From the NCBI GenBank assembly GCA_040218735.1, contig JAVJQW010000042.1, forward strand, positions 32,001-96,000: a stretch of DNA of 64,000 nt, given 5' to 3'. The position numbers and the translations under genes are program-made. Positions 38,254 through 46,525 of the stretch are shown one piece after another. The notes under the pieces were generated by a model, which saw only the letters and a list, made by a program, of their open reading frames with translations, made no database searches and had not been told where the DNA came from. Position 1 is the first letter of the stretch. Each line of letters starts with the position of its first letter. This DNA is from Deltaproteobacteria bacterium (GTDB lineage: Bacteria > Myxococcota > Kuafuiibacteriia > Kuafuiibacteriales > Kuafuiibacteriaceae).

Positions 38254-40383
38254 TCACGGCTCGTGATAGCTCGCGTACGCTTCGACGAACGCCTCGCGCG
38301 ATTGGAAGAACGCCTCGAGATCGGCGCCGATGCCCTCGCGCCACCGTCCGGGCTGAACGCCGCCCTCGACGAGCAGGGCCTTCGCGATGATGTCGATCGC
38401 CGCTGCGCTCGACCGCTCGAAGGGGTTCATGTTCGCGCCCCACCAGTGGAGGTTGGCGACGGCGTCGACGAGCGCGCGCGGTGACTCGGCGCCGCGTGCG
38501 TCGGACCACGCGACCTCCGCCTTCTCGAGGATCGCGTCGAACGAAGACGGCGGCGGGTGGCTCCAGCTGGGGCTTCGTCTCTTGCCGTTGCTGAACACGA
38601 GCTCGCCCTCGTGGGTCGTGAGTCGAATGCCGTCCTCCGTCGCGCGCCAGGTCTCCTCACCGAAGACGTCGAGCGACTCGACGCTCGGCGCTTGGTAGCC
38701 CTCGTACTTTCCGGTCATCGGCGTCGAGCTGGTGGCCGTGCGTGGTCGGCCGAACTCCCGCTGGTCCCACACGTCCGTTCGCTCGAGGTCGCGCATGATC
38801 TGGTTGATGGGCAGGGACACGAAGTCGAGCGCGTCCTGAAACGAATGAATTCCACCCACCGCGATGCCCTGCCGCAGCTCGGTCACGAGCTGCGCCGCCG
38901 CGTGTCCGTACGCTTCGTTGGTGCCGACGGTCTCCCATCCAGGGAGCCGCTGGATCAGCGAGGCTTCGAGCGGCACCGGAGCGCCGAGATGACCGTCGAG
39001 GACGGCGCGGTTCGCGGCGTCGACCTCTGCGTCCGAGCGTGTCCCGGGCGTGGGATTCCTCAGGACGTGGAACGGGAGCGGATCGCCGAACTGCGGCTCC
39101 TGCGACCTCCAGAGCACGTCCATCGGCTCGACCCCCGCGGTGACCAGCTCGACGGGGCTCGTCACGAGGCCGCCGATCCCCTCCAGGAGCACCTCACCGG
39201 GCTCCGTGATCGCACCCGTGGACCAGAGCTGTGCGACGGCCTCGCCCGAGGTGTCGACGCCCGTTTGAAACGCGAGGTTCGCCGTCTGCCCGCCGACGCC
39301 CCGACCGAACGGACTGCCGTACCCGATCGTCGCAAACACCGACACGGCGGCGGCTCGCCGTTCCGCAAAGGATTCCACCGACGCCATCAGCTCCGGGTCG
39401 CGCCACGCTTCGATCACCGCCGCCGCGTCGGTGACGTCGACGCCGTGAGCGACGAGTGATTCGCGGAGCGCGAAGCCGTACTCACTGCCGAACGACGCGG
39501 CGCCGGCCGCGATGCGTGCCCCCCACGGGCCGCCGATCCACGCGCCGAGCGCGCCGGCCGCGAACACGTCGGGTTGGCTGGCGACGCTGCTGAAGAACAC
39601 CTGCGACGCGACCTCCACGGCGTCGAGCCCGTCCGCCGTGAGGACGTCGTACGCCTCGCGGATCGTCACGGTGCGCGCGAGGCGATCGAGCAGAGGAGAG
39701 TGCGGAATCTCTGCGGCGGCTTGGTCGGCGCGCGCGGCGTTGGCGATGTTCGTCGGCACGCTCTCGCGCAGTCTATTGAGTAGCTTGGTGCGCCGTTCGG
39801 GATCCATCGCGAAGTACCCGGCGATTTCACCCGGGACGGTTTCGAGCCGTCGCGGCACGCCCTCGCCGGCTTCGATGCGCTCCAGGATCTCCAACACCCG
39901 CGCTTGGCCGCGGGCCCGCGAGTCGAACCAACGTGCTTGGAGGCGGTGCCATCCGCGCACGAGCGGGTGCCACACGTCGCGTTCGAAGACGCCGTGCTCG
40001 GCTTCGAAGTCGTGCTGCGCGACGTGGTCCCGCGCGGCCTGCTCGGCCTCCGGCGCGTCGTCGAGTCGGACGACGTAATCCCCGCGCGTGAGCTCGTCGA
40101 AGGAGACGCTGCCCGCGTCGAAGTGGACGCGGTCGTCGACACCGGTGACCGCGAGGTGGGGGCCGCCCGGCAGGCCGACGTGGACCCGTCCGCCTTCCTC
40201 GAGCGCGAGCCTGAGCACGGCTTCGAGTTGACGCGAGGCGAGCTTCGCAGCCTCGAACCGCAACGGCGGGGGCGTAGGCGTCGGGAGCGGCGCTTCGTAG
40301 GCGTCAGGGCGTTCGGGTTCCGGCTCGTCCGCCTCGGTCGCAGGAAGGCGCGGGAGCAGGGGGGCGGAGCGGTCGACGCGCAT
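38254..40383 (-). CDS. Effector-like protein with hydrophobic hairpins and a C-terminal AvrB-like Fido domain
   Basis: LHWWGANMNPFERSSAA..ALL..G..W..G..DLEAF..EAFVE.Y resembles the AvrB/AvrC C-terminus as I recall it. Confidence 0.65.
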   Translation of the reverse strand: MRVDRSAPLLPRLPATEADEPEPERPDAYEAPLPTPTPPPLRFEAAKLASRQLEAVLRLALEEGGRVHVGLPGGPHLAVTGVDDRVHFDAGSVSFDELTRGDYVVRLDDAPEAEQAARDHVAQHDFEAEHGVFERDVWHPLVRGWHRLQARWFDSRARGQARVLEILERIEAGEGVPRRLETVPGEIAGYFAMDPERRTKLLNRLRESVPTNIANAARADQAAAEIPHSPLLDRLARTVTIREAYDVLTADGLDAVEVASQVFFSSVASQPDVFAAGALGAWIGGPWGARIAAGAASFGSEYGFALRESLVAHGVDVTDAAAVIEAWRDPELMASVESFAERRAAAVSVFATIGYGSPFGRGVGGQTANLAFQTGVDTSGEAVAQLWSTGAITEPGEVLLEGIGGLVTSPVELVTAGVEPMDVLWRSQEPQFGDPLPFHVLRNPTPGTRSDAEVDAANRAVLDGHLGAPVPLEASLIQRLPGWETVGTNEAYGHAAAQLVTELRQGIAVGGIHSFQDALDFVSLPINQIMRDLERTDVWDQREFGRPRTATSSTPMTGKYEGYQAPSVESLDVFGEETWRATEDGIRLTTHEGELVFSNGKRRSPSWSHPPPSSFDAILEKAEVAWSDARGAESPRALVDAVANLHWWGANMNPFERSSAAAIDIIAKALLVEGGVQPGRWREGIGADLEAFFQSREAFVEAYASYHEP

Positions 40384-40397
40384 GGTGCTTCGTCGAG

Positions 40398-40413
40398 AGC
40401 ACGGCGCGTGCCA
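40398..40413 (-). promoter_or_regulatory. Sigma-54 -24/-12 promoter
   Basis: TGGCACGCGCCGTGCT, 15/16 identical to the promoter at 35071-35086. Confidence 0.75.
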
Positions 40414-40475
40414 CGGCGCGCCCGGAGAACCTTCGGGGCCTCGGTGCGACGACGCCGGTCGAGATGGGCGCGGCG

Positions 40476-40543
40476 TTGCGCCAGATGCGGAACGGTTGCG
40501 CCACGAAGGGATCGATTGCGCCAAGTCCGCCGTGGCGTTGTCA
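40476..40543. promoter_or_regulatory. 20-bp-phased TTGCGCCA repeats, candidate bEBP enhancer
   Basis: TTGCGCCA at 40476, 40496 and 40516; degenerate CGTTGTCA at 40536. Confidence 0.65.
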
Positions 40544-40564
40544 CGACATCGATGCGGATCGAAG

Positions 40565-41338
40565 ATGCGAACCGTGCCGGTGAAGGCGGCCATGTTCCTC
40601 ACGCTCTTCGTCACGGATCCGAGCGCGGTGGTCCGACACGAGGTCGACGCCGCGATCGCTGCGGCGTCGTCCGACCGCGCGGGGCTTCGCATCATCACCG
40701 CGGAGGAGCGCTTCGTCCTCGCGGAGGACATCGAGGATCAGGTGCGCCGGTGCGGCTCGGACGTGGGTTGTGTCGCCGACCGTGTTCACGCCGTCCGCGC
40801 GGACTGGGTGGGCCTCGTGTTGATCGACGCGCCGTCGCGCCTCGTCGACGTACGCCTGATCGACGTCGCGGCGAGGAAGGCGATCGCCTCCGCGGCCGCG
40901 CGACCCGAGGGAGGGCCGGGCCCCACGCTGCAGCGCTTCGTGGGTGAGGCGCTCGACGCGGCTGGTCACCCGCGCAACGCGCGGCTCGAAGTGCGCGTCA
41001 CTCCCTCCGACGCGACGTTGCTGGTCGAACCCTCCGCGACCGCGCCGATCCGCGCCGGCACGCCCGCGGTGCTCGCACCCGGGACCTATCGAATCACCGC
41101 GACCCGCGACGACCACGTTGCTCACACCACCGAAATTACGTTGGCTGCGGAGGAGCACCGCACCGTCGACGTGCGGCTCGACGCGGTCCCGACGCTGGTG
41201 GAGCAGCCGTGGTTCTGGGGCGGTGTCGCGGTGGTCGTCGGCGCGGGGCTCGTCACGGCGCTCGTCGCGCTGGACGGACGAGCGACGTGTTACTGCGTGC
41301 GCCGCCCGGGTGTGGTGTGTCCGGAGTCTTGTCCTTAG
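40565..41338 (+). CDS. PEGA-domain membrane protein
   Basis: LEVRVTPSDA..LAPGTYRI; QPWFW plus TM segment; start uncertain. Confidence 0.75.
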   Translation: MRTVPVKAAMFLTLFVTDPSAVVRHEVDAAIAAASSDRAGLRIITAEERFVLAEDIEDQVRRCGSDVGCVADRVHAVRADWVGLVLIDAPSRLVDVRLIDVAARKAIASAAARPEGGPGPTLQRFVGEALDAAGHPRNARLEVRVTPSDATLLVEPSATAPIRAGTPAVLAPGTYRITATRDDHVAHTTEITLAAEEHRTVDVRLDAVPTLVEQPWFWGGVAVVVGAGLVTALVALDGRATCYCVRRPGVVCPESCP

Positions 41339-41362
41339 AGATCGCGTCCGTGGAGATCGGAT

Positions 41363-42397
41363 TCAACCGACGGATCGAATCGCAGCGCGCTGACCGGGCT
41401 CGTGCGCGACGAACCACTCCGACAGCTTCGACCACAGCCGATCCTTCGCCTTCGGCGAGACGACCGCGCCGACGTGACCGCCGTTGAGGTGAAGCTGCTT
41501 CTTGTCGGTGCTGGCGATTCTATCCAGTAGAATCGATGCGCTGGCGTGCGGGACGATGTGGTCGTGTTCGAACGTTACGACCATCGTCGGCGTTTCAATG
41601 GTCTCCAACCGCGCCGGCTGACCGGACAGCGTGAAGGTCCCCGCGAGGAGCGCGTTCCGCTGGTACAGCTCCTCGATGTAGCGTCGGTACGCCTCGCCCG
41701 GGAACGACACGTTGTCCGAGCCCCACCGCTCCGCGGCGAAGAAACCATCGAGGAACTCGTCGTCCTCCGCGCGGTCCAGCACCGCGACCATCTTCGCGAA
41801 GTTGAGCGTCGGCTTCAGCATGTGAAAGCTGGCTTGCATCAGCGGCCACGGCACGTTGCCGAACGCCTCGACAACCGAACCCACGTCGAATGACTTCGTG
41901 CGCGTCCACCGCGACAGCAGCCCCTCGTCGTAGAACTGAATCGGTGCGGCGAGGGCGACGTGCGAAGCGATACGCTCCGGACGAACCGCGTTGTGGATCG
42001 TCGTGAGCGTGCCACCGAGGCAGTAACCCAGCAGGTGCGCCCGATCCGAACCCGCGAGCCGCGTGCTCTTACGCAGCGCGCGCGCGATGTAGTTGTCCGC
42101 GTAGGTGTCGAACGTGAGGTACCGGTCCTCGGGCCCCGGCGTACCCCAGTCGATGATGAAGACGTCGTGGCCGCGCGACACCAGGTCCTCGACGACGCTC
42201 CGGCCGGGCGCGAGGTCCAAGACGTAGTGCCGGTTGATCAACGACGGCACCATGAGCACCGGCGTTCGGTACCGACGCGACGAACGATAACGAAGGAGCT
42301 TCCACTTGTTCTCGCGATGCACGACGTCGTGCGGCGTCTGGCCGACGGCCGGACGCCCTTTGGCGACGCGCTTCGCGAGGTTCAGCAGGCGCCTCAC
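41363..42397 (-). CDS. phaC: Class III-like PHA synthase catalytic subunit
   Basis: VGQTP, PSLINRHYVLDL, IDWG, GYCLGG (Cys), DHIV (Asp), GGHVG (His). Confidence 0.85.
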   Translation of the reverse strand: MRRLLNLAKRVAKGRPAVGQTPHDVVHRENKWKLLRYRSSRRYRTPVLMVPSLINRHYVLDLAPGRSVVEDLVSRGHDVFIIDWGTPGPEDRYLTFDTYADNYIARALRKSTRLAGSDRAHLLGYCLGGTLTTIHNAVRPERIASHVALAAPIQFYDEGLLSRWTRTKSFDVGSVVEAFGNVPWPLMQASFHMLKPTLNFAKMVAVLDRAEDDEFLDGFFAAERWGSDNVSFPGEAYRRYIEELYQRNALLAGTFTLSGQPARLETIETPTMVVTFEHDHIVPHASASILLDRIASTDKKQLHLNGGHVGAVVSPKAKDRLWSKLSEWFVAHEPGQRAAIRSVG

Positions 42398-44037
42398 GCG
42401 TAGAGCGCCTCCAGACGCTCGCCGAACGCTTCGTAGACCTTCTTGCGACGGAGCTTCAGCGTCGGCGTCAGGAACCCGTCCTCCACCGTGAGCGGGCGCT
42501 CCATCACGCGGAAGCGCTTGATCGTCTCACAGCTCGCGAGGTTCTCGTTCACGGCGTCGACTGTGGCCTGAAGCCGCGCTTCGTCCCATGCGACGTCCGA
42601 CCGAACCCACACCCCCGCGACGAGGTACTTCTTGCCGTCCCCGTACACCACGAGGTGCTCGATGATCGGGTCGTCGTTGAACCGAACCTCGATGTTCGCC
42701 GGCGAGACGTTCTTGCCGCCCGCCGTCACGAGGATCTCCTTCTTACGTCCGACGATGCGAAGGAACCCACTCTCCGTGAACGCGCCGAGGTCACCGGTCT
42801 TGAACCAACCGTCCTCCGTGAACGCGGCCTTCGTGGCGATCGGATCGCGGTGGTACCCACCGAATACGTTGGGTCCCTTCGCGAGGATCTCACCGTCTTC
42901 GTCCAGTCTGAGCTCCACGGACGGGAACGGTTTGCCGACCGTGGTGAAGTCGAAGTCATCCGGTCGGTTCATCGTCAGCGTCGGCGATGTCTCGGTGAGC
43001 CCGTACCCTTCGATGATCAGCACACCCTCTTCGAGGAAGCGCTCCTTGATCTCACGCTTGAGACCGGCGCCGCCCGAGAGGCAGAAACGCAGGCGCCCGC
43101 CCGTGACCTCCGCGAACGACTTCTCCTTCGCGGCGAGCGCGATCTTCTCCCAGTAGGACGGCACGCTCATCAACGTTTGTGGTCGCACGATGGGGAGCAG
43201 CTCAATCACCTGCGGCGGCGTGCACATGTGGCTCGTCCAGCCGAGGAGGTTCCCGATGCACGCTTCGCCGTAGCCGAACACGTGGCTCATCGGCAGCCAC
43301 AGCAGATCGACGTCGCCCTCCGCGAGCTTCGGCGCGAGCACCCGCAGCCAGTCGCGCTGGTTCTCACCCATATTCGCGTGCGTGAGCGGGACGCCCTTCG
43401 GGTTGCCGGTCGTGCCGCTCGTGTAGAGCATGATGGCGCGGTCTTCGAGCTTCGCTTCTTCGAGGCGACGGTCGAGCTCGCCGGTGCGGAAGCGGTCGCG
43501 TCCGACGGTGCGCACGGTCGACCACGACACCACGCGGCGCTCGATCTCCGTGAAGTCGGGGCCGTGGTTCGCGTTCCGGCGGGCGCTGGCGAGATCGATG
43601 CCGTCGTCGAGACAGATCACCTGGGCGTCGGGCGCGAGTGCGTCCCACGCTTCGAAGACACGCGTCAGAAGCACCTCGGTGTCGACGAAGAGGAAGCGCG
43701 CGTCGGAGTGCGAGAGGATGTAACCCGCCTGCTCGGCGGTCGACGACGCGTAGATCGGGACCATCACGCCGCGCGCGGCTTCGGTCGCGAGCGCGGCCTC
43801 CATCCACTCCACGCGGTTGGGCGCGAAGATCGCGGCGACGCGGTCGGGGCCGAGCCCCTCGCTCACCAGGTACGCGGCGACTTCGCGGACCCGTTCGGCG
43901 TGCTCACCGAGCGTGACTTCGCGGGTGTTGCCCTCTGCGTCCCGAAGGACGTAGCGGACGTGATCCTTGTGCGCCGCCGCGGCGGAGAACAGGACCTGGG
44001 GTGCGGTGCGGACGTCGAGGTACTTCGAGACGTCCAT
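42394..44037 (-). CDS. AMP-dependent (long-chain) acyl-CoA ligase
   Basis: YTSGTTGNPKG, EGYGLTE, GWFKTGD, GRKKE, TPTLK. Confidence 0.93.
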   Translation of the reverse strand: MDVSKYLDVRTAPQVLFSAAAAHKDHVRYVLRDAEGNTREVTLGEHAERVREVAAYLVSEGLGPDRVAAIFAPNRVEWMEAALATEAARGVMVPIYASSTAEQAGYILSHSDARFLFVDTEVLLTRVFEAWDALAPDAQVICLDDGIDLASARRNANHGPDFTEIERRVVSWSTVRTVGRDRFRTGELDRRLEEAKLEDRAIMLYTSGTTGNPKGVPLTHANMGENQRDWLRVLAPKLAEGDVDLLWLPMSHVFGYGEACIGNLLGWTSHMCTPPQVIELLPIVRPQTLMSVPSYWEKIALAAKEKSFAEVTGGRLRFCLSGGAGLKREIKERFLEEGVLIIEGYGLTETSPTLTMNRPDDFDFTTVGKPFPSVELRLDEDGEILAKGPNVFGGYHRDPIATKAAFTEDGWFKTGDLGAFTESGFLRIVGRKKEILVTAGGKNVSPANIEVRFNDDPIIEHLVVYGDGKKYLVAGVWVRSDVAWDEARLQATVDAVNENLASCETIKRFRVMERPLTVEDGFLTPTLKLRRKKVYEAFGERLEALYA

Positions 44038-44040
44038 GAC

Positions 44041-44337
44041 TCACGCTCCTTCGGCCGCGTCTTCGATCTGATCCTCGAGATCGATCAGCCGTCGCTCGAG
44101 CTCGTTGAGCGCGTGCAGCGTGCGCTCTTGGTCGTGTTTGGTCGGCAGGCCCATCTGACCCCACCACAGGCGAAGCGCCTGGTCCGAGGCGGCCTTCCCC
44201 TTCATCATCGTGGTCAGCATCTTCCCGGCCGGCTCCAGCACCAGCGGGCTCTCCAGCCAGACCTGCATCAGGTCCGACGTCGCCTTCTCCCAGACGTTGA
44301 AGCTCTTCTTGAACTGCTCCCAAGGCATCGTGCTCAT
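44041..44337 (-). CDS. phaE: Short PhaE-like PHA synthase partner subunit
   Basis: GLPTKHDQERTLHALNELERRLIDLE coiled-coil, typical of PhaE C-termini; in an operon with phaC. Confidence 0.6.
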   Translation of the reverse strand: MSTMPWEQFKKSFNVWEKATSDLMQVWLESPLVLEPAGKMLTTMMKGKAASDQALRLWWGQMGLPTKHDQERTLHALNELERRLIDLEDQIEDAAEGA

Positions 44338-44362
44338 CCTCTCGGCTCCCTCCGGCGACACT

Positions 44363-44379
44363 TTGTTGCGCCGCACAAT
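44363..44379. promoter_or_regulatory. PhaR-type box between phaE-like and phaR
   Basis: TTGTTGCGCCGCACAAT. Confidence 0.7.
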
Positions 44380-44479
44380 ATCGATGAGGGCCAACCTAGG
44401 CATCAAGCCGCCGCGTCGTCAACCGTCTTACTGCGCCGCCGCAATTCCTTCCTGGACCCCCGCGCTCGGGTGCGGCACC

Positions 44480-45091
44480 ATGGCGGCGGTGCAGCAACCC
44501 AAGGGCATCGTCGTCATCAAGAAATACAGTAATCGGCGGCTCTACGACACGGGCGAAAGTCGGTACGTGACGCTCGACGAGCTGGCGGAGAAGATCCGCA
44601 GCGGGTTCGACGTCCGCGTCGTCGACGCGAAGTCCAACGCCGACCTCACCCAGCCCACGCTCGCCCAGATCATCCTCGAGAGCCGCCGCGCGGCGCGTCT
44701 CCTCCCTTCGTCGCTCTTGCTGCAGCTGATTCGCATGGACGACGACACCCTCGCCGAATTCTTCGGAAACTGGCTCTCCTGGGCCCTCGAGGTGTACCGC
44801 TTCGGTCGTCAGGGGGCGCAGGCCATCGCGCCGATCAACCCGTTCGCGACGCTCCCGTTCACGGCGACCAACGCCATCGCGCGGATGTTCTCGCAGGGCC
44901 AGGCGCCCTGGGGACAGCAGCAATCCGCGCCGCCTCCGCCTCCGCCGTTCACGGAGGAGACCCCTCCGCCGCCCGACGACGAGGGGCAGGAGGCCCCGGC
45001 GGCCGCAGACCAACGCGGCGACGACATCGCGGAGCTGCGTGCCGAGATCGCCGCGCTGAAGGATGCGCTCCTCGCTGGCCGCAAAGATTGA
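44480..45091 (+). CDS. phaR: PHA synthesis repressor (PHB_acc_N DNA-binding domain)
   Basis: IKKYSNRRLYDT..SRYVTL..VVDAK..DLT..TLAQIILE. Confidence 0.92.
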   Translation: MAAVQQPKGIVVIKKYSNRRLYDTGESRYVTLDELAEKIRSGFDVRVVDAKSNADLTQPTLAQIILESRRAARLLPSSLLLQLIRMDDDTLAEFFGNWLSWALEVYRFGRQGAQAIAPINPFATLPFTATNAIARMFSQGQAPWGQQQSAPPPPPPFTEETPPPPDDEGQEAPAAADQRGDDIAELRAEIAALKDALLAGRKD

Positions 45092-45092
45092 C

Positions 45093-45126
45093 GCGCCACA
45101 GCAAAATTTTTGCACCGCACAAAAAA
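45093..45126. promoter_or_regulatory. PhaR-type box(es) upstream of the phasin
   Basis: TTTTTGCACCGCACAAAAAA (45107-45126), next to TTGACG at 45131. Confidence 0.72.
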
Positions 45127-45213
45127 TCGGTTGACGGTCTCCCTTTCGAGCCTTAGTCTGCTCGGCGTAGGACGGCACAGGGTCGTCCAAAAAGGCGAAA
45201 AGGAACCAAACCA

Positions 45214-45504
45214 ATGGCGACGAAACGTACTACGCAGGCGCAGCAAGACGGTGCCGAAAAGGTCGAAGCGGCCGCCGAAGCCCACATCGCGCGGGTGGAG
45301 GCCATGTTCGGTGAGCTCGAGAAGCTCCAGAAGACCAACATCGAGCAGTTCGAGATGGCGGTCGACGAGAGCGCGAAGCTCATGAAGGCCTCCGCCGACT
45401 ACACGGCGAAGATGATGGACGAGTGGCGTCGGGTGGCCCTGACCACGAGCCGGCAGGCGGTCTCGGCCTTCTCCTCGATGTCCACGATCCCCTTCGCGAG
45501 CTGA
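45214..45504 (+). CDS. Phasin-like amphipathic granule protein
   Basis: 96-aa all-helical protein between phaR and phaC; AAGGA RBS. Confidence 0.65.
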   Translation: MATKRTTQAQQDGAEKVEAAAEAHIARVEAMFGELEKLQKTNIEQFEMAVDESAKLMKASADYTAKMMDEWRRVALTTSRQAVSAFSSMSTIPFAS

Positions 45505-45508
45505 ACCG

Positions 45509-46501
45509 ATGAAGATCGCGCCCACGCCAAAGGACGAGATTTTCTCCGAAGGCACGGCGCGGCTGTATCGATTCCGCCGGCCCTCCGATGACGTCTCGGA
45601 GGTGCCGGCGACCCGGTACCCGCTGCTGGTCGTCCCTTCGCTGATCAATCGCTGGTATATCCTCGATCTACTCAGTGGAATGAGCGTCGTCGAAGCCTGC
45701 TCACAACAGCTCGACACCTACTTGCTCGATTGGGGCGTCCCGAACGACGAGGACCGGTACCTCACTTGGAACCACGTACTCAAACGCCTCGCGCGCGCCG
45801 TGCGCCGCGTGAAGCGCGCGACGGGCTCGCCCAAGGTCTCGATCCTCGGGTACTGCATGGGCGGGACGCTGTCGTCGATCTACACGGCGCTCCACCCCGA
45901 TCAGGTGAGCGCGCTCGTGAACCTCGCCGGCCCGATCGACTTTTCGAAGGGCGGGCGGCTGCAGAACATGACGGACCCGCGCTGGTTCGACGTGGATGCG
46001 ATCGTCGCGACGGGTAACCTCGCCGCGCCGCAGATGCAGAGCGGCTTCACGATGCTGCGTCCGCTGCTGTCGATCTCGAAGTGGGTCAACTACCCGGACA
46101 TCGCGTTCGACCCGGCGAAGAAGGAGCACTTCGAGGCGATGGAGCAGTGGGCGAGCGACAACACGCCGTTCCCCGCGGCGGCGTACCGCACGTACATCCA
46201 CGACCTCTATCAGAACAACGCGCTCGTGAACGGCTCGCACCGAGCCCTCGGTCGCGCGGTGGATCTCGCCGAGATCACGTGTCCGGTTCTGTCCATCGTT
46301 GCTTCGAAGGACGGGATCTGTCCGGCCCCGGCGGCGACCGCGCTCAACGACGCGGTGTCCAGCAAACGCACGGACGTGCTGGAGATCCGCGGAGGACACG
46401 TCGGCGCCGTCGTCGGTCCGCGCGCTTCGACCACGCTCTATCCGGGCCTCGTCGACTGGCTCATGAAGAACACCGCGCGCGCACCCGTTGCCCTCGTCTG
46501 A
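45509..46501 (+). CDS. phaC: Second class III-like PHA synthase catalytic subunit
   Basis: PSLINRWYILDL, LDWG, GYCMGG, KDGIC, GGHVG. Confidence 0.85.
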   Translation: MKIAPTPKDEIFSEGTARLYRFRRPSDDVSEVPATRYPLLVVPSLINRWYILDLLSGMSVVEACSQQLDTYLLDWGVPNDEDRYLTWNHVLKRLARAVRRVKRATGSPKVSILGYCMGGTLSSIYTALHPDQVSALVNLAGPIDFSKGGRLQNMTDPRWFDVDAIVATGNLAAPQMQSGFTMLRPLLSISKWVNYPDIAFDPAKKEHFEAMEQWASDNTPFPAAAYRTYIHDLYQNNALVNGSHRALGRAVDLAEITCPVLSIVASKDGICPAPAATALNDAVSSKRTDVLEIRGGHVGAVVGPRASTTLYPGLVDWLMKNTARAPVALV

Positions 46502-46525
46502 ACGAGCGTCTAAGAGGGCCGCACC

